From positions 1 to 64,000 of the forward strand of contig MU054033.1 in NCBI GenBank assembly GCA_013239625.1: DNA of 64,000 bases, written 5' to 3'. The notes under the pieces were generated by a model. The model was not told where the DNA came from. It ran no database searches and worked only from the letters and a program-made list of their open reading frames with translations. The DNA is from Lama guanicoe (taxonomy: Eukaryota). How positions within the stretch are numbered: the first letter of the stretch is position 1; every line of letters starts with the position of its first letter. Positions 54,701 to 63,170 of this stretch are shown here, one piece after another. Made by a program: the position numbers and the translations under genes.

Positions 54701-56320
54701 AGGTGATGGAAAATCAAATGGCAACTTTCGAATAGTGCAGCAAAAGTAAATTTATACTGTGCTTGAAATATTTCTTTAAAATTTATGATTGCTTCAAAAA
54801 AATTAAACAACTCAGTTGGCAAAATCTTACATTGACAATATGCATTTCTACTAGCCAATAGCTAACAGATTCTCCCATGTGTATATAGGCAAGCAGGTCC
54901 CAACAGGCTCATTATAATAGAGAAGTTATAATGTGGAAAAAAGGCATTAATTCATCAAAAGGAGCATGGTTATGTGAAACTAAGTATATTTATACACTGG
55001 AATACTACACAGCAGTTAAAAATGAATGAATAGTCTTGACATAAACAGCGTAAAAAAAAAGTTGTAAAGCAATAGGGATAATATTTGTGTATTTAATATT
55101 GTGTATTTTAAGCAGACCAAGCAATCCTGTGAGCTTGAAGGATACATGTCTAAGGTGCAAAGTATGAAAAGGTGGACAAGAAGAATGCACACCAGGTCAG
55201 AAACAAAAATGACAACTGTTTTGCTAAATTTGTGTGTAGTAGGTATTTAGGTTTGTGGTAGACTATTTCTTATACCTTCCTGTGTGATGGAAATGACAAT
55301 TTTAAATTAATATTAAAATTTGAAAACAATAAGATAAAATAAAGTTATCAAAATGTTAGAGGCGCTGAGCAGAATTTGAAAACAAGGTCTGGCCTGGCTA
55401 TAAACTACACTGAAGTTTTCCAAACCAAACTGCATACCCTCATGAGAACTCTCTGCCCGTCCCCAGGATTCCAAACTGGGCAACAAAGCTTGCGCTGCCC
55501 AGATGCTTCATGGTGAGTGAGATGCAAAGAAGGAAGGGAAGAGTAGCTTTGAAGAGGGAGAATACGGTCTGGGTGATGCTAAACCCTTTGACCTCTGGAG
55601 GAAATATTTCCTTTTGCAGAGTGTCACGCCCTCTGATTAACATGAAGGGCCAATAAAGAGTTATTTCATGTACCATTATATAGGAGGTATGAAGTTACCT
55701 CTAATTTTAGTAAGTGCAGTCACAAATGTATTTTAATATCTTACTAATTGTATCTAATACCAGCCTTGATGTTATGATGATTACGTAAAATGTTCCTGTG
55801 ACAGCATGACTCTTTAATATTAACTAAAGCAATGTAAACAGCAAGGGAGTTGTCCTTGCCAGACCACGTCCCCTCATGCTTTGCACCACAGGTTTTACTG
55901 ACCATTACATAATTCACTGAAATGTGCTCTCTGCTCTTTTAAATCCTCACTTCATCGTAGGAGCCCATCATTAAGTTCTTTGTTCAAGAATTTGGTAGAA
56001 TTTTGTCTTCTTTCACTAAGTTTCAGGTACAGTTTTCTCATTTGAGTTTCAAATTTTGCTGTGTTATCAGGCAAACCCGATACTCTCTACAGACTGTTCC
56101 TGAACTAAACGACATATTCGCTTAGGAGAGAAACGGCACTATTTCTGATAGGAGTCATTCTCTCTTTGCAGGTGGAAAGTTCGAAGGCAAAACTACCCCA
56201 CGGAGGCACCTTAACCGGGTCGGCTTCGTCTCCACTGTGTGAGGACGGAGATGTGGACCCGGAACCGATGTAAAACTTGATCTTAAGATCCTGTTCAAAT
56301 ACATTCTCCACTGGATCAGC
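33002..56320 (-). CDS. CDC42BPA: Spliced MRCK-alpha (CDC42BPA)-like paralog: 12 exons, 1851 nt including stop (616 aa), C1-PH-CNH domains, no CRIB; 5' end not defined
   Basis: Twelve AG/GT-bounded exons in ancestral order with compatible phases (111, 84, 106, 137, 140, 82, 217, 63, 597, 98, 85, 131 nt) and no internal stop. Much more diverged from human MRCK-alpha than expected for the true ortholog. Confidence 0.85.
33765..34260 (+). mobile_element. MLT1-like LTR fragment followed by L1 3' end
   Basis: tgtggtgggttaaatggtgtcctcccaaa...ttataaaaagagg, then atgaacttatttacaaaacag...aattaaaaaaaaa. Confidence 0.75.
34477..34561 (-). CDS. CDC42BPA: CDC42BPA-like exon, end of CNH domain
   Basis: ttttag|[28 protein letters not shown]|gtaaga. 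85 nt. Confidence 0.93.
36026..36123 (-). CDS. CDC42BPA: CDC42BPA-like exon, CNH domain
   Basis: ccag|[33 protein letters not shown]|gtgatt. 98 nt. Confidence 0.93.
38800..40090 (+). mobile_element. Old L1 5'/ORF1-region remnants
   Basis: A-rich degenerate ORF1-like sequence (gtcaaattgctgaaaaccaaagac, tttctcatcagaaacaatgg...gacatatttaaagtg). Confidence 0.6.
40712..40860 (+). mobile_element. tRNA-derived SINE
   Basis: gggggagggtacagctcactggcagagtgcatgcctagtatgcacgaggtcctgggttcaatccccagtacctcc plus A-rich tail; A and B boxes present. Confidence 0.9.
40884..41035 (+). mobile_element. tRNA-derived SINE (second tandem copy)
   Basis: gggggagggtatagctcaaatggtagagcacatgc...aggtcctgggttcaatt...cctaattacctcccc plus A-rich tail. 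Confidence 0.9.
41139..41735 (-). CDS. CDC42BPA: CDC42BPA-like large exon, CNH domain
   Basis: tgtag|[18 protein letters not shown]...[16 protein letters not shown]...[14 protein letters not shown]...[11 protein letters not shown]|gtaagg. 597 nt, open; corresponds to track ORF 40972..41724. Confidence 0.95.
41848..42068 (+). mobile_element. 5'-truncated L1 3' end with TSD
   Basis: Flanked by aaagatcccaata and aaaggtcccaata; aataaa and poly-A tail. Confidence 0.85.
42175..43300 (-). mobile_element. L1 (L1MA-like) 3' region containing a (CA)n microsatellite at 42683-42724
   Basis: ttattgaggtataattgacatataac...ttttaactttctgaggaacttccatactgttttcc...gatggtttcctttgctgtacag. Confidence 0.85.
44339..44401 (-). 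CDS. CDC42BPA: CDC42BPA-like exon, CNH domain
   Basis: atag|[21 protein letters not shown]|gtaagg. 63 nt. Confidence 0.92.
45531..45747 (-). CDS. CDC42BPA: CDC42BPA-like exon, end of PH domain and start of CNH
   Basis: ctag|[72 protein letters not shown]|gtacgg. 217 nt. Confidence 0.93.
47395..47476 (-). CDS. CDC42BPA: CDC42BPA-like exon, PH domain
   Basis: tcag|[27 protein letters not shown]|gtaagc versus human [27 protein letters not shown]. 82 nt. Confidence 0.9.
47765..48955 (-). mobile_element. Old L1 fragments
   Basis: L1 3'UTR plus ORF2 remnant (minus-strand [28 protein letters not shown]). Confidence 0.8.
49346..49485 (-). CDS. CDC42BPA: CDC42BPA-like exon, PH domain
   Basis: aaag|[47 protein letters not shown]|gtaagc. 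140 nt. Confidence 0.93.
50126..50262 (-). CDS. CDC42BPA: CDC42BPA-like exon, C1 C-half and start of PH domain
   Basis: aaag|[46 protein letters not shown]|gtaagt. 137 nt. Confidence 0.93.
51410..51750 (+). mobile_element. MaLR LTR (MST/MLT1A-like)
   Basis: gagggtggagccctcgtgactgggattagcacccttagaaaagagacccc...gtttatagcagc. Confidence 0.75.
51825..51930 (-). CDS. CDC42BPA: CDC42BPA-like exon, C1 zinc finger N-half
   Basis: tgtag|[35 protein letters not shown]|gtaaga. 106 nt. Confidence 0.93.
52010..52250 (+). mobile_element. L1 3' end
   Basis: gggagtttgagatttgcaaatg...tatagcacagggaactatattcaa...gactgtacttcaaaaa. Confidence 0.85.
53490..53573 (-). CDS. CDC42BPA: CDC42BPA-like exon (linker before C1)
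   Basis: ttcag|[28 protein letters not shown]|gtactt versus human TVDSTPLSVHTPTLRKKGCPGSTGFPPK. 84 nt. Confidence 0.85.
56210..56320 (-). CDS. CDC42BPA: CDC42BPA-like exon (variable-region exon)
   Basis: ttttctag|[37 protein letters not shown]|gtgcct; resembles the human alternative exon TDPVENTYVWNPSVKFHIQSRSTSPSTSSEAEPVK. 111 nt, phase 0-0. Confidence 0.8.
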
Positions 56321-56430
56321 CTAGAAAAACAAGTTTGGGGAAACAAAAATTCAAGCCATCACTGTATAGAATTCAGGACTCTCGATGGAAGTCATGAACA
56401 TTACTGTGTTTCTTAATAATGGGTGGCAAA

Positions 56431-56599
56431 CACTGTATAGCACAGGGAAATACACACAAAATGTTATGATAAATCACAGAGAAAAAAATGTGACAATGAG
56501 TGTGTATATGTCCATGAATGACTGAAAAATTGTGCTGAACACTGGAATTTGACACAACATTGTAAAATGATTATAAATCAATAAAAAAATGTTAAAAAA
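56431..56599 (+). mobile_element. Young 5'-truncated L1 3' end with perfect 16-nt TSD
   Basis: aataatgggtggcaaa at 56415-56430 and again at 56600-56615. Confidence 0.9.
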
Positions 56600-56899
56600 A
56601 ATAATGGGTGGCAAAACTATAATTTTAGGATTTTTGTCAGAAGAGTGTCAAAATGCAAGACGGTGGCCATGACACTACAGAAGCAGGTGCAGCTGCTCCT
56701 GCCTGCACCTCTGAGCGACTCTCTTCAGCGCGTGCTGTTTCTCATTCATCACTCCATCCTGTGTGGCATACCATGGAGACAGGAGGACGGGGGCAGGGCA
56801 CAGCCATTAAAAGAATGACAAAGCTGTTGAGGAAATGGGATGGAATAATTTGTTCTTCAAAAGCATTTTTAGTTTCTTGGCCTTCTGCATTTTCATATA

Positions 56900-57810
56900 A
56901 ATTGCAAATTCCATGAAAAAAATTAGTATTTTTATTGAGATTATATTGAATCTTGATATATTGTATCAAGTCTTCAATCTTGATGGAATCTTGATTGAAC
57001 TGATATACTATCAGTTAAGGGAGAATTAATACATTTATAATATTGAGCCTTTCATCTGGAATTTGAGTGTTACTCCCTATTTAATTTAGGCCTTTTCAAA
57101 TGTCCCTCTTTAAATTTTATAATATTTCTTCCTAGAGAATTCATTTAGCTATTGTTAGTTTTATTTCTAAATACTTGATTTGTTATGCTATTGTAAATGG
57201 TGTTTTGTTTAAAAAGGTAATTACCTACTATTTCTTCTTGGCATATAGAAATGCATTTGGTTACAGTTCATTGACATGATATATATTTATTTCTATGTAT
57301 TGACATTGTAGTCAATGTATTTTGCATATACGATATACTCTGTATACTGATTTTTGTGTATTGACATAATAGTCAAGCACCTTGCTAAACTCTGTTAATT
57401 CTAATAATTATTTGAAAAGGCCCTCCATTTCATCTTGAATAGAAATAGTCATAGTAGGCCTATTTGTCTTGTTCGTAGACATAAAAATGGAGAATTTTCA
57501 GTATTTCACCATTAATTACACTGTTTGCTATGGATTTTGTTTCCAGTACCTTCCATCAGATTAAGAAAGTTCTATTTCCGGCTTGGGAAGAGGGGCTTTG
57601 CTTTTGGTTTTGTACCATAAAAGGCTTTTGAATTTTATCGGATGTTCTCATGCTTTTATTGAAGTTATATGTTTTTTATTTTTTAATCTGTTAGTATGTT
57701 ATGCTGATTCATTTTCTTGAGGCAAACTTCACATATCTGGGATCATACCAAACTGGTCATGCTATATTATATTTTTTATATACAACTGGGTTCCATTTAG
57801 CAACTTTTTT
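56900..57810 (-). mobile_element. Old L1 ORF2 remnant
   Basis: T-rich degenerate L1 antisense sequence (ttgcatatagaaatgc-like, ccttgctaaactc, cagattaagaaagttc). Confidence 0.65.
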
Positions 57811-59533
57811 TTTCCCACAGTTTTTCCTATTATCTTTTATTTCAACCTAATCCTATTAAATATCACAAAAGAGAAATAACAAATACAAACTCCATTTAAA
57901 CGCACTAGGATGTATTTAAACATATCTTCCAACCAGCAAAAATAAAAACAAAACTCTCGATTTTTTCTGTGTTTTTCAAACCTATAAAATAGTAAATGTT
58001 ATTTCAATTTACCTTCCAGTACATTAAAATAATAATGGTACAAGAAAAATAATAATAATGATGTTACAAGAGAATAAAGCACTGCAACTGGATAAAAAGT
58101 TTAAATTTACGGTAAAATCCTTGGAAAACAGATTTCGATCTTGAGAGGGAAGGGTCCCCTCTAGAGACAGAAGCATTACGTCGCCCATTCACTTGTTGGT
58201 CTAGTCCGTGGTACCATGATGCAGATTAAACTGATCAAACTACCCAGGCCGCGCTGATTTTGAATCAACGGCTGTGGTCACTGCTGAGCAAGACGGATTT
58301 GCTCACTAGCCCCATCCTGTGCTTCGATAACCCACCGGCTAGACTCAGGAACCAAAGGCCAAACTCTTGATTAGCGGTACTAGGGGTTAAACTAGACCCC
58401 GCCATGGTCAACTTTTCAAAGCGGTTAAATAAAAATAAGCATTCAGATTAAGTCAGATCAACAAATAACAAGTAAAACTCAAGATCAGTGCCACAATCTG
58501 TAACAAACTGCGTAACAAACATGTATACCACTGAGAATTATTTTTCCTATTAAGGCAAGTTTTCTTTTTCTTAACATATAAATTATTTCATGTTTATAGT
58601 TTAAAAATGTAATTTCTAACCATGTTTAATTTATAGCAAATCTCAGTTATGAGGGGAGTCAGCACATAACTTAAAAAAGACATCTGTCTGCATTTTTAAA
58701 CTCTTTTTACTCTTCCTGTGTCTATTTCCAGAGCTGTTTCTTGGTGGGTGTAAACAAGAGCATATCCAGGGAACTGGTAAAATAGTCTATGTCAGAGCAC
58801 ACAGGAATTGAGACATTTTCCCCTCACTTTATCTTCCTTGCCTGTTCTTCACCAGCAGGACTACTCAAAAGGTAAATATAATTTACAATTTGACAGACAA
58901 GGAAATAGAGGCATCAAAGGGTATTTAATTTAAGGGCTTCTCATAAACATTCTGGGAGACAGTGACGAAGCATCAGAGTTAGAGAAGTCCCACGTAGGAG
59001 GTTCATCTGGATATTTGGAAAAAGCACTACAAAAAAATATGTTAATGGCAATAAAAATGCTGCCCCAGAAACTTGCCTATTATTAAAAAAAATCAACCTT
59101 ATAAAATGTGAAGACCCTTGCTGTATTATAAAATTCTAAAAATCGCAAGTTTTTAAAAACTTTTGATGAGATAAAGGACGGTGGCATTTTTAGTGTTGGA
59201 GGAGCGAATCCAAGTTCTCTGGAATCTCAAAACACAAAATGCCAAAAGTTACCACGGTGGGATCCCACTGGCAGGAGAGCCAGAAGACATGACCAAATGG
59301 TTACAGAGGAATCTGCTCTAGGACTTCAGAAGCTTCTCAGACACACGGTGCTAAGAAAATTCTTTGGTATCTCATCATGTCCAGAAGGCAAAGAGTTATA
59401 TCAGAAACTACTTTCCTAGGGTAAAGTTTTGCTTCTGAACCCTTCGGTAATACTACTTTATCTGAAAATCTTGGTGCTTAAATTTCTAAAAATGTGACCC
59501 TAACTTTTCGGTGTTTTTTTGTTTTTTCTTTAG

Positions 59534-59891
59534 GAGATACAGCAGTTCAAGAAGTTTTTTAAGAGATTGGTATAAAATCAGAATTCAGGTCCCTCCTGAG
59601 TATTTGGCAACAACACACCAATCCTGGAGCTTTTGGGAAGTCAAGACATGTGTTTCATCTGCCGCTTACAGCCATATTCATTGACCATAAATTTTTGCCA
59701 GCAAGAATGCTTACGGTGTGAGTGGCTGGATCTCAGTGGCCTGGTCAAGACGGCTGTGTGGGTACACAGAAGGATTTGACAAGATTGATTTGACCGTGGA
59801 AGAACTTCCAGCAGTTTACACAGGCTTGTTCCATACACTCTATCACAAGGAACTGCCAGACAATTACAAAACTGTGACAGGAATGTGTTAA
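59534..59891 (+). pseudogene. NUDT6: Disabled NUDT6 (FGF2 antisense) last-exon fragment carried inside the FGF2 retrocopy 3'UTR
   Basis: tttctttag|[36 protein letters not shown] / [36 protein letters not shown] / [43 protein letters not shown]. Stop at 59560-59562, frameshift near 59644, deletion near 59755. Confidence 0.9.
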
Positions 59892-60549
59892 ATTCATATT
59901 TATAAGTAGTGGACATTTGGATTAAATATCTGACTTTAATTTTCTAAGGTCTATGACTTTCGTGAAGAAAACTTGTGTGTGCACATTTTAAAAATCTCTT
60001 TTCAAATGAAGCAAACGTATGAAAAGAGTGTAGCTCTAAGTAAGCTTCACTGGATAACGGCAAATGCTATATAAAAAATGGAAATCTATACATTTTCCAG
60101 GAATTTTTAAAATTACGGCAAAGATTAAATATTTTACTATCAAAGGTTATCTGGCCAGTTATCCAAACTGAGCAGATAGCTGTACACATTTTTCTCCTTT
60201 CATTAACAACTTTCTAAATATACCTCTTCTTTCACATGAAATGATCGGAGGCTGCCATTAAGATCAGCTCTTAGCAGACACTGGAAGATAAAGTGTAACT
60301 TTCTGCCCAGGTCCTGGTTTGGGTCCAAGTGTGCACCGCCCGGTTCGTTTCAGTGCCACATGCCAACTGGAGAACTTCCTTGACCGGTGAGTATTGTAGT
60401 TACTAGATTCCAATGGTTCGAAAAAGAAACTCTGGTCTGTAACACATTTAGAAGCCGGGGATCTTCCATGTCCCTTCACAGCAAGGCTTGCACACGCTCC
60501 TTGATAGACGCCACCCCTCTCTCTTCTGCTGGAAGCTGTAGTTTGATGT

Positions 60550-61100
60550 GAGGGCCGCTCTACTCCCGCACGCCGTCCACTCGGCCGTCGGGGTGGGTGC
60601 GCAGGAAGAAGCCCCAGTCTTTGCAGGACAACCGCTTGGGGTCCTTGAAGTGGCCGGGCGGGGAGGCCCCGCTGCCGCCGCCCTCCGGCAGGGCGCGCAG
60701 CGCGGTGATGCTCCGGGTGATGGCGCCGTGGCCACCGTGGCCACCGAGGCCCTGCCGGGATGCCCAGGGCCCTGGAGCTGCGCGGGGAGCCGCCGCCCCC
60801 CCCCACACCCACCCCGTCACTCCNNNNNNNNNNNNNNNNNNNNNNNNNNNNNNNNNNNNNNNNNNNNNNNCCGGCCCCGCCCCTCAGCTCCCGGTCCCGC
60901 CCCCCCAGCCCCCAGGCCCCGCGGGCCTGCAGCCTCGCCCTGTTCCCCGCTTCCCTCTCCGCTGGCCCCAGAGCTGGGTGAGCCCAGCGCCTGGGCCCGC
61001 GGGTGGGGGTGGGGGGTGAGGGCCGAGTGTCTCCGCGGCCGCCTCCCCAAGCTACAGAGCCCAGCATGTGGCTGCAACCGCAGACACTGCGTCCGCTGGT
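60550..61100. promoter_or_regulatory. CpG island derived from FGF2 exon 1
   Basis: Very high GC and CpG density, GC box (ccccgccc 60875-60882), G-tracts; sharp drop to AT-rich sequence beyond 61110. Confidence 0.6.
60824..60870. other. Assembly gap (47 N) within the GC-rich FGF2 5'UTR copy
   Basis: Run of N flanked by G/C tracts. Confidence 1.
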
Positions 61101-61589
61101 CTGGCCCCATTTAACAGTGTTTTTTAAAAGAATTCTTTGTTCAATATTTCATGGGAATTCCCATTGTCTAGCTAAGAGTGTACAAAAGGTCAGATTTGAT
61201 GTGTGTTTTATGAAGTTGTTCCACCTTCGGGCAAAAATGATGAAATATGCTGAAAACCACTTATGAGTGATGTTTGAAGCGTTCCGAGGAACGCCATTGC
61301 TGTCAGCACAGTCCAAGCCATGCACGTTCCTGTTACAATTCAGACAAAGTTCAAAGAATGTTTCTGTATTTTCTCCAGTAAATATATTCCAGATATGAAT
61401 AATAGTTGCAATTAGACTCCCCATTTGATGAAGCTTCAATAAACTGCATGCTCCAATATCTGTGTGCTTCTGCACAGATTGAACAGGTCATTAAAGGAAG
61501 GTTGATAAAGACACCTAGCCCTGCATTTTTCAAATCTTCACACTACCGGCTGCAAACTGCCCCCAGGGCGTTGGCATTGCTTTTGCTTT

Positions 61590-62090
61590 ACTGTTTGCAT
61601 TAGTTTTCTACAGCTGAGTGACAATTTACCACACACTTGGCGCCTTAAAACAATACTCGTTGATTATCTGACAGTTAGGCATGTCAGGAATCTGGGCCTG
61701 GCACAGCGGGGTACTCTGCTCAAGGTCGCTCATGGCTGAAATCAAGGTGTCAAAAAGTTTGCCATCCCGTTGAAGGCTTGGAGCCCTCTTTCCAGTTCAT
61801 GTGGCAATTAGCAGAACTCATTTCCTTGCAGCTATAAAACTCACAAGGTCAATTGAACAGCATCTCTCTGATACTCAGACTTCTTATGGAGCCTTCACCT
61901 GATTATGTCTGGCTCACCTAAGATAGCTTCCCTTTTCATTAACTCAGTCAACTGATTAGTAATCTAATCATTAGAATGAGATGCTGTCACCTTCACTGGT
62001 CCTGCCCACACTCAAGGCGAGGAGATCGTACAGGGTATGTAGAACAGGTGGCAAAGCCCTGAAAGGTCGGTTAGAATTCTACCAGACCAT
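61590..62090 (-). mobile_element. MaLR LTR (MLT1-like)
   Basis: gcattagttttctacagctg...aaatcaaggtgtca...gtcctgcccacactcaagg...ttagaattctacc. Confidence 0.7.
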
Positions 62091-62684
62091 CCTAGAGAGA
62101 AGGTCTCAGGGCTTCCACCTGGCTCTTCCTCCCATAGTAGGCCTCCCTCACTCCCCAGGCTGCAGAGATCATGCGTGGATCATATCACTTTTTTAGTGTG
62201 TTTATTCCCATTGTGTGTTCAGTAACCGCAGGTTAGATCCATGGTCACACTGAGTCCACTGCGAGACAGTCCCAGCCCAAAATGTCATTTATCACCTGTC
62301 TGACGTAGCTCCGAGCTGACTGGTGGACATTACTGGTGCTTTAGGTCCCAGAAATTAGCATCAGCCCAGAGCCATGCTCATAATCTCCGTAAAGCCTGGG
62401 TGTTTCCTCTTGTCTAGGGCGCGACGGCTCTGTAATTGCCCGCAGAGCCCTCCCTGCAAGCGCCAGTTGGTTCTCGTCTGCAGTTCCCTTCTACACTCTG
62501 TGAACCAACGCCGACATCTAAGCTTCTAGGTTCTGAAACCCCAACCCCTTCGTTTTGTTTCTCAGGCTCCAGAGGTGACAGCTGCTCCTTGCAACTTCCA
62601 CCTGTGTTACCTCACTGCTTGCTTTTTGCCTTCTTAGTCCTCCGCTGTTTGTTTGACCGATGCTCTGTTTTCCAACGTCTCCCC

Positions 62685-63170
62685 TACATGAGCAAACCCA
62701 GGGGACATTATGCTTAGTGAAGTGAGCCTGTCACCGAAGGATGGACATTGCATGACTCCACTTCTATGAAGACTCTAAAACAGTCCAACTCAGAAGCAGA
62801 GAGTAGAATGGGGGTTGCCAGTGACTGGGGGAGGAGGGGGAATGAGGAACTGGCTGCCAATGAGCATCAAGTTTCAGTTACGCAACGAGAATAAATTCTA
62901 GAGATCCAATAGCTAACAGTATCGTATTGGGCACTTAAAAACTCATTCAGAGGGTTTGTCTTCTACTAAGTGTTCTAACAATGGCAACAACAACAAAGAA
63001 ACACAGTGAAACTGTTGGGGGTAATGGAAATACCTACTACCTTGATTACGGTGATGGTTTCATGAGTGTATGCATATGTCCAAACTCATCACATTGTAGA
63101 CGTTCAGTGTGTACATCAATTGTATAACAATTGCACCTAAGTACAGCTGTTTAAAATAAATAAATAAAAT
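62685..63170 (+). mobile_element. L1 (L1MB/MC-like) 3' ends
   Basis: gacattatgcttagtgaagtgagcc...gagagtagaatgggggttgcca...aataaattctagagatc...gtccaaactcatc. Confidence 0.8.

Larger units (their letters stand above)
59500..61105 (-). pseudogene. FGF2: Processed FGF2 pseudogene (5'UTR, CDS equivalent about 60739..60264, and 3'UTR; 3' boundary uncertain, may extend to about 58550)
   Basis: Translates to SITALRALPEGGGSGASPPGHFKDPKRLSCKDWGFFLRTHPDGRVDGVRE*SGPHIKLQL...ASKCVTDQSFFFEPLESSNYNTHRSRKFSSWHVALKRTG...GPGQKVTLYLPVSAKS*. Both intron positions are contiguous (PH/IKLQL and AS/KCVTD). Disablements: ATG replaced by ACG, in-frame TAG at 60562-60560, 1-nt deletion near 60501 plus a 6-nt deletion. 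Flanks resemble FGF2 UTRs. Confidence 0.95.

Noticed and set aside
33002..56320. Calling this the true CDC42BPA ortholog or a processed pseudogene
   Set aside because: Too diverged, CRIB-less and in the wrong neighbourhood for the ortholog; introns are present and the frame is intact, so it is not processed.
58500..58650. Poly-A tail and TSD marking the FGF2 retrocopy 3' end
   Set aside because: Only a weak T-rich tract and no convincing duplicate of the 61107-61125 flank; boundary left undefined.
60264..61067. 267-aa ORF ending in the FGF2 C-terminus as a functional high-molecular-weight FGF2
   Set aside because: Spans an N gap, and only the part after the frameshift near 60501 is in the FGF2 frame; the true frame has a stop and no ATG.
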